From Octopus bimaculoides (taxonomy: Eukaryota): a stretch of DNA of 63,805 bases. The DNA is taken from assembly GCF_001194135.2 (NCBI RefSeq), contig NC_068984.1, forward strand, positions 3,345,048 through 3,408,852, in the 5' to 3' direction. A program made the position numbers and the translations under genes. Below the pieces are notes generated by a model. The model made no database searches. It was not told the origin of the DNA and saw nothing but the letters and a program-made list of their open reading frames with translations. Numbering within the stretch: position 1 is the first letter of the stretch; each line of letters opens with the position of its first letter. Shown in pieces: positions 61,745-63,805 of this stretch.

Positions 61745-62864
61745 AGGACTGTGCTATAAGACTCCCACTTCAGGAACGAACAGGTATTTATCTAGTACAA
61801 AGGACTGGATGCTGCGACTTCAGTGCGAACATGAAAGCAGCAAAAAGTCACATTCTGTTGTCAAGGAAGCTAGAAAATTCGCGAGGGAAATTGGCATCAA
61901 ACCCCGAATTAGATGAAGATCCTGAAATATCTGCTATAAAGCAAGCCAAACGAGTCAAGTAGACTGCAAAAAAGAACGAGCAGAAACAAAGTGAGAAGCG
62001 GTGAAGCAAGAAGCCCCTGCATGGACAATATATTCTCCGAAGCCAAAATGCTGATGTAGACCAAGCAACAACCCATCAGTGGCTGAAGAGTTCAGGACTG
62101 AAAGCAGAGACTGCAGGCTTCATACTTGATCACAAGATCAAAGCTTACTTACTAGAAAGTACGAGGTTAATGTTCTCCAAAACGGTACTGACCCTAAATG
62201 CAGATTCTATGATACATTCGACAAAACAGTGGATTATCTCGTTTCCGGATGTCTTGTGATGACACCAAACGAATATAAAAATCGCCACGATTGGGTAGGA
62301 CAGTATTACATTGGAAAATATGTAAACACTACACAATCGGTAGCACTGCTTACTGGTATGAGCATCATCCTGAGCCCGTGGTTGAAGGTAAAATGTCACC
62401 ATCCTCTGGGATTTTCCAGTCAATACTGACAGAACTCTCCAAGCTAATCGAGCAGTCATAATTATTAAGGACAGAGAAAAAAATACTTGCAGAATAATGT
62501 ATGTGAGTGTTCTCACTGATGAAATTATATCTGTAAAGGAATTTGACAAACTTATTGAATTATTAGGGCATGGAATTGAAATACAGCGGAATCTTAAATG
62601 AAAAATTATTCCTGTTATTGTAGGTGCCCTGGGTATAAAAGAAAAGGAATGCCAGAAAAATATTGTAAGTACTGGTGACATCCTTAGGAAACCTTATCAA
62701 TTTAAATGTTTGTGTTGTATTATATGGAGGTATTTCTCTGGTGCCTGCGTCACTTCCTCTCGCCAAATTTTCAGTTATATTTCAACTTCTCTTGACCTTC
62801 AGTTGCCTTAAGTCGCTGAATGTGTCCCGACAAGTGATTGCATCAAACATGCAGATTAAAAGTA

Positions 62865-62899
<35 letters not shown>

Positions 62900-63075
62900 T
62901 AATAATAATAACAACAACAATAACATACAGAAAGTAGCACTACTAGGTACCACACACATCCTACGTAAAACATCCTACGTAAAATACAGTGAAAATAAGA
63001 GTACCACAGCAACCCACAACATATACCCAAGGCCCACAGAGCTGCGTTCGGTAGTGTAGTGAAAGCACATGAAAA
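61745..63075 (+). mobile_element. Degenerate RLE-type LINE 3' portion and 3' end
   Basis: HQWLKSSGLKAETAGF, VDYLVSGC..EYKNRHD, IPVIVGALG; IQKVALLGTTHILRK at 62925-62975; (AAT)n on both sides. Confidence 0.8.
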
Positions 63076-63101
63076 AATATGACTACTCAATAATGATGAT
63101 G

Positions 63102-63135
<34 letters not shown>

Positions 63136-63149
63136 TTATTATTATTATT

Positions 63150-63540
63150 GAAAGCAGAGACAAAAAAAGGAAAAACGAAGGAACAAATACAAAAAGGACA
63201 CGAAGAAGAATTACGCAAGAAGGGACTACACAATCAATTCCATTTAGCCTCAACAGAAATTGCAGGAAAAAATAGGTGGGATTGGCTGATGAAAGGAACC
63301 CTGAAAAAAGATACCGAGAACACTATACTGGCAGCGCAAGACCAAGTATTGGCCACGAATTGGAGGGTCAACCTTAGGAATGAGCATATCACTAATGAAT
63401 GCCCTCGACTTTCTCTGAACCACTACAAGTTGTGGTGACATGATCAGGTAGCGAACGTGGTACACTGGAAACTGTGCGAAAAGTCGGGACTAGAGAGAGG
63501 CAAGGTGTGGTATGAACACAAAGTGCAGAGAGTAGCGAAA
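63150..63540 (+). mobile_element. RLE-type LINE fragment
   Basis: WDWLMKGTLKKDTENTILAAQDQVLATN; VVHWKLCEKSGLERGKVWYEH. Confidence 0.75.
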
Positions 63541-63662
63541 TCGGCGACTAGTATGTGGGGAACGTCCTCTCAAGGCACACTACTAGGGACATACCCAAGC
63601 AAGGTTTGGATACTACACTTTAAAGCCTTCAGCCTAAATTTTAATGCCTAAATATAACTATA

Positions 63663-63805
63663 TAGGTGCAGGAGCAACTTTGTGGTAAGAACCTTGCTTC
63701 CCAACAACATGGTTCCGGGTTCAGTCCCACTGCATGGCACCATGAGCAAGTGTCTTCTACTATAGCCTCATCCTGACCAAAGCCTTGTGAGTGGATTTGG
63801 TAGAC
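63663..63805 (+). mobile_element. tRNA-derived SINE family C (runs off the window end)
   Basis: tgtggtaagaaccttgcttcccaac..ggttccgggttcagtccc..gccttgtgagtggatttggtagac. Confidence 0.85.

Overview
Repeat-rich invertebrate genomic DNA with many N gaps. The microsatellite types and tRNA-SINE content suggest a cephalopod, probably Octopus (inferred). The one host gene I can support is a minus-strand SLC6 GABA transporter (GAT-1-like). Only three internal coding exons are visible (15837-15510, 13934-13802, 12112-11978; TM3 to just before TM6), and they splice in frame. Most of the rest is intron/intergenic sequence and transposon debris: (1) many RLE-type (R4/Dong-like) LINE fragments embedded in (AAT)n tracts; (2) a head-to-tail cluster of three large CR1-group LINEs plus fragments at 46.8-60.4 kb, whose ORF1 pairs a Myb/trihelix-like N-terminus with a CCCH finger; (3) a Penelope-like RT/GIY-YIG fragment; (4) a mariner fold-back, a hAT non-autonomous element and two MITEs; (5) at least three tRNA-derived SINE families plus one unclassified repeat. 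The best leads are minimal hammerhead-ribozyme motifs of three families, one in an element built as tRNA-like head + (AAT)n + hammerhead tail. Others are the unusual LINE ORF1 architecture, non-canonical TM3 residues and a long EL2 loop in the transporter, and many long fold-back hairpins. All alignments and folds were read by eye and none were computed.
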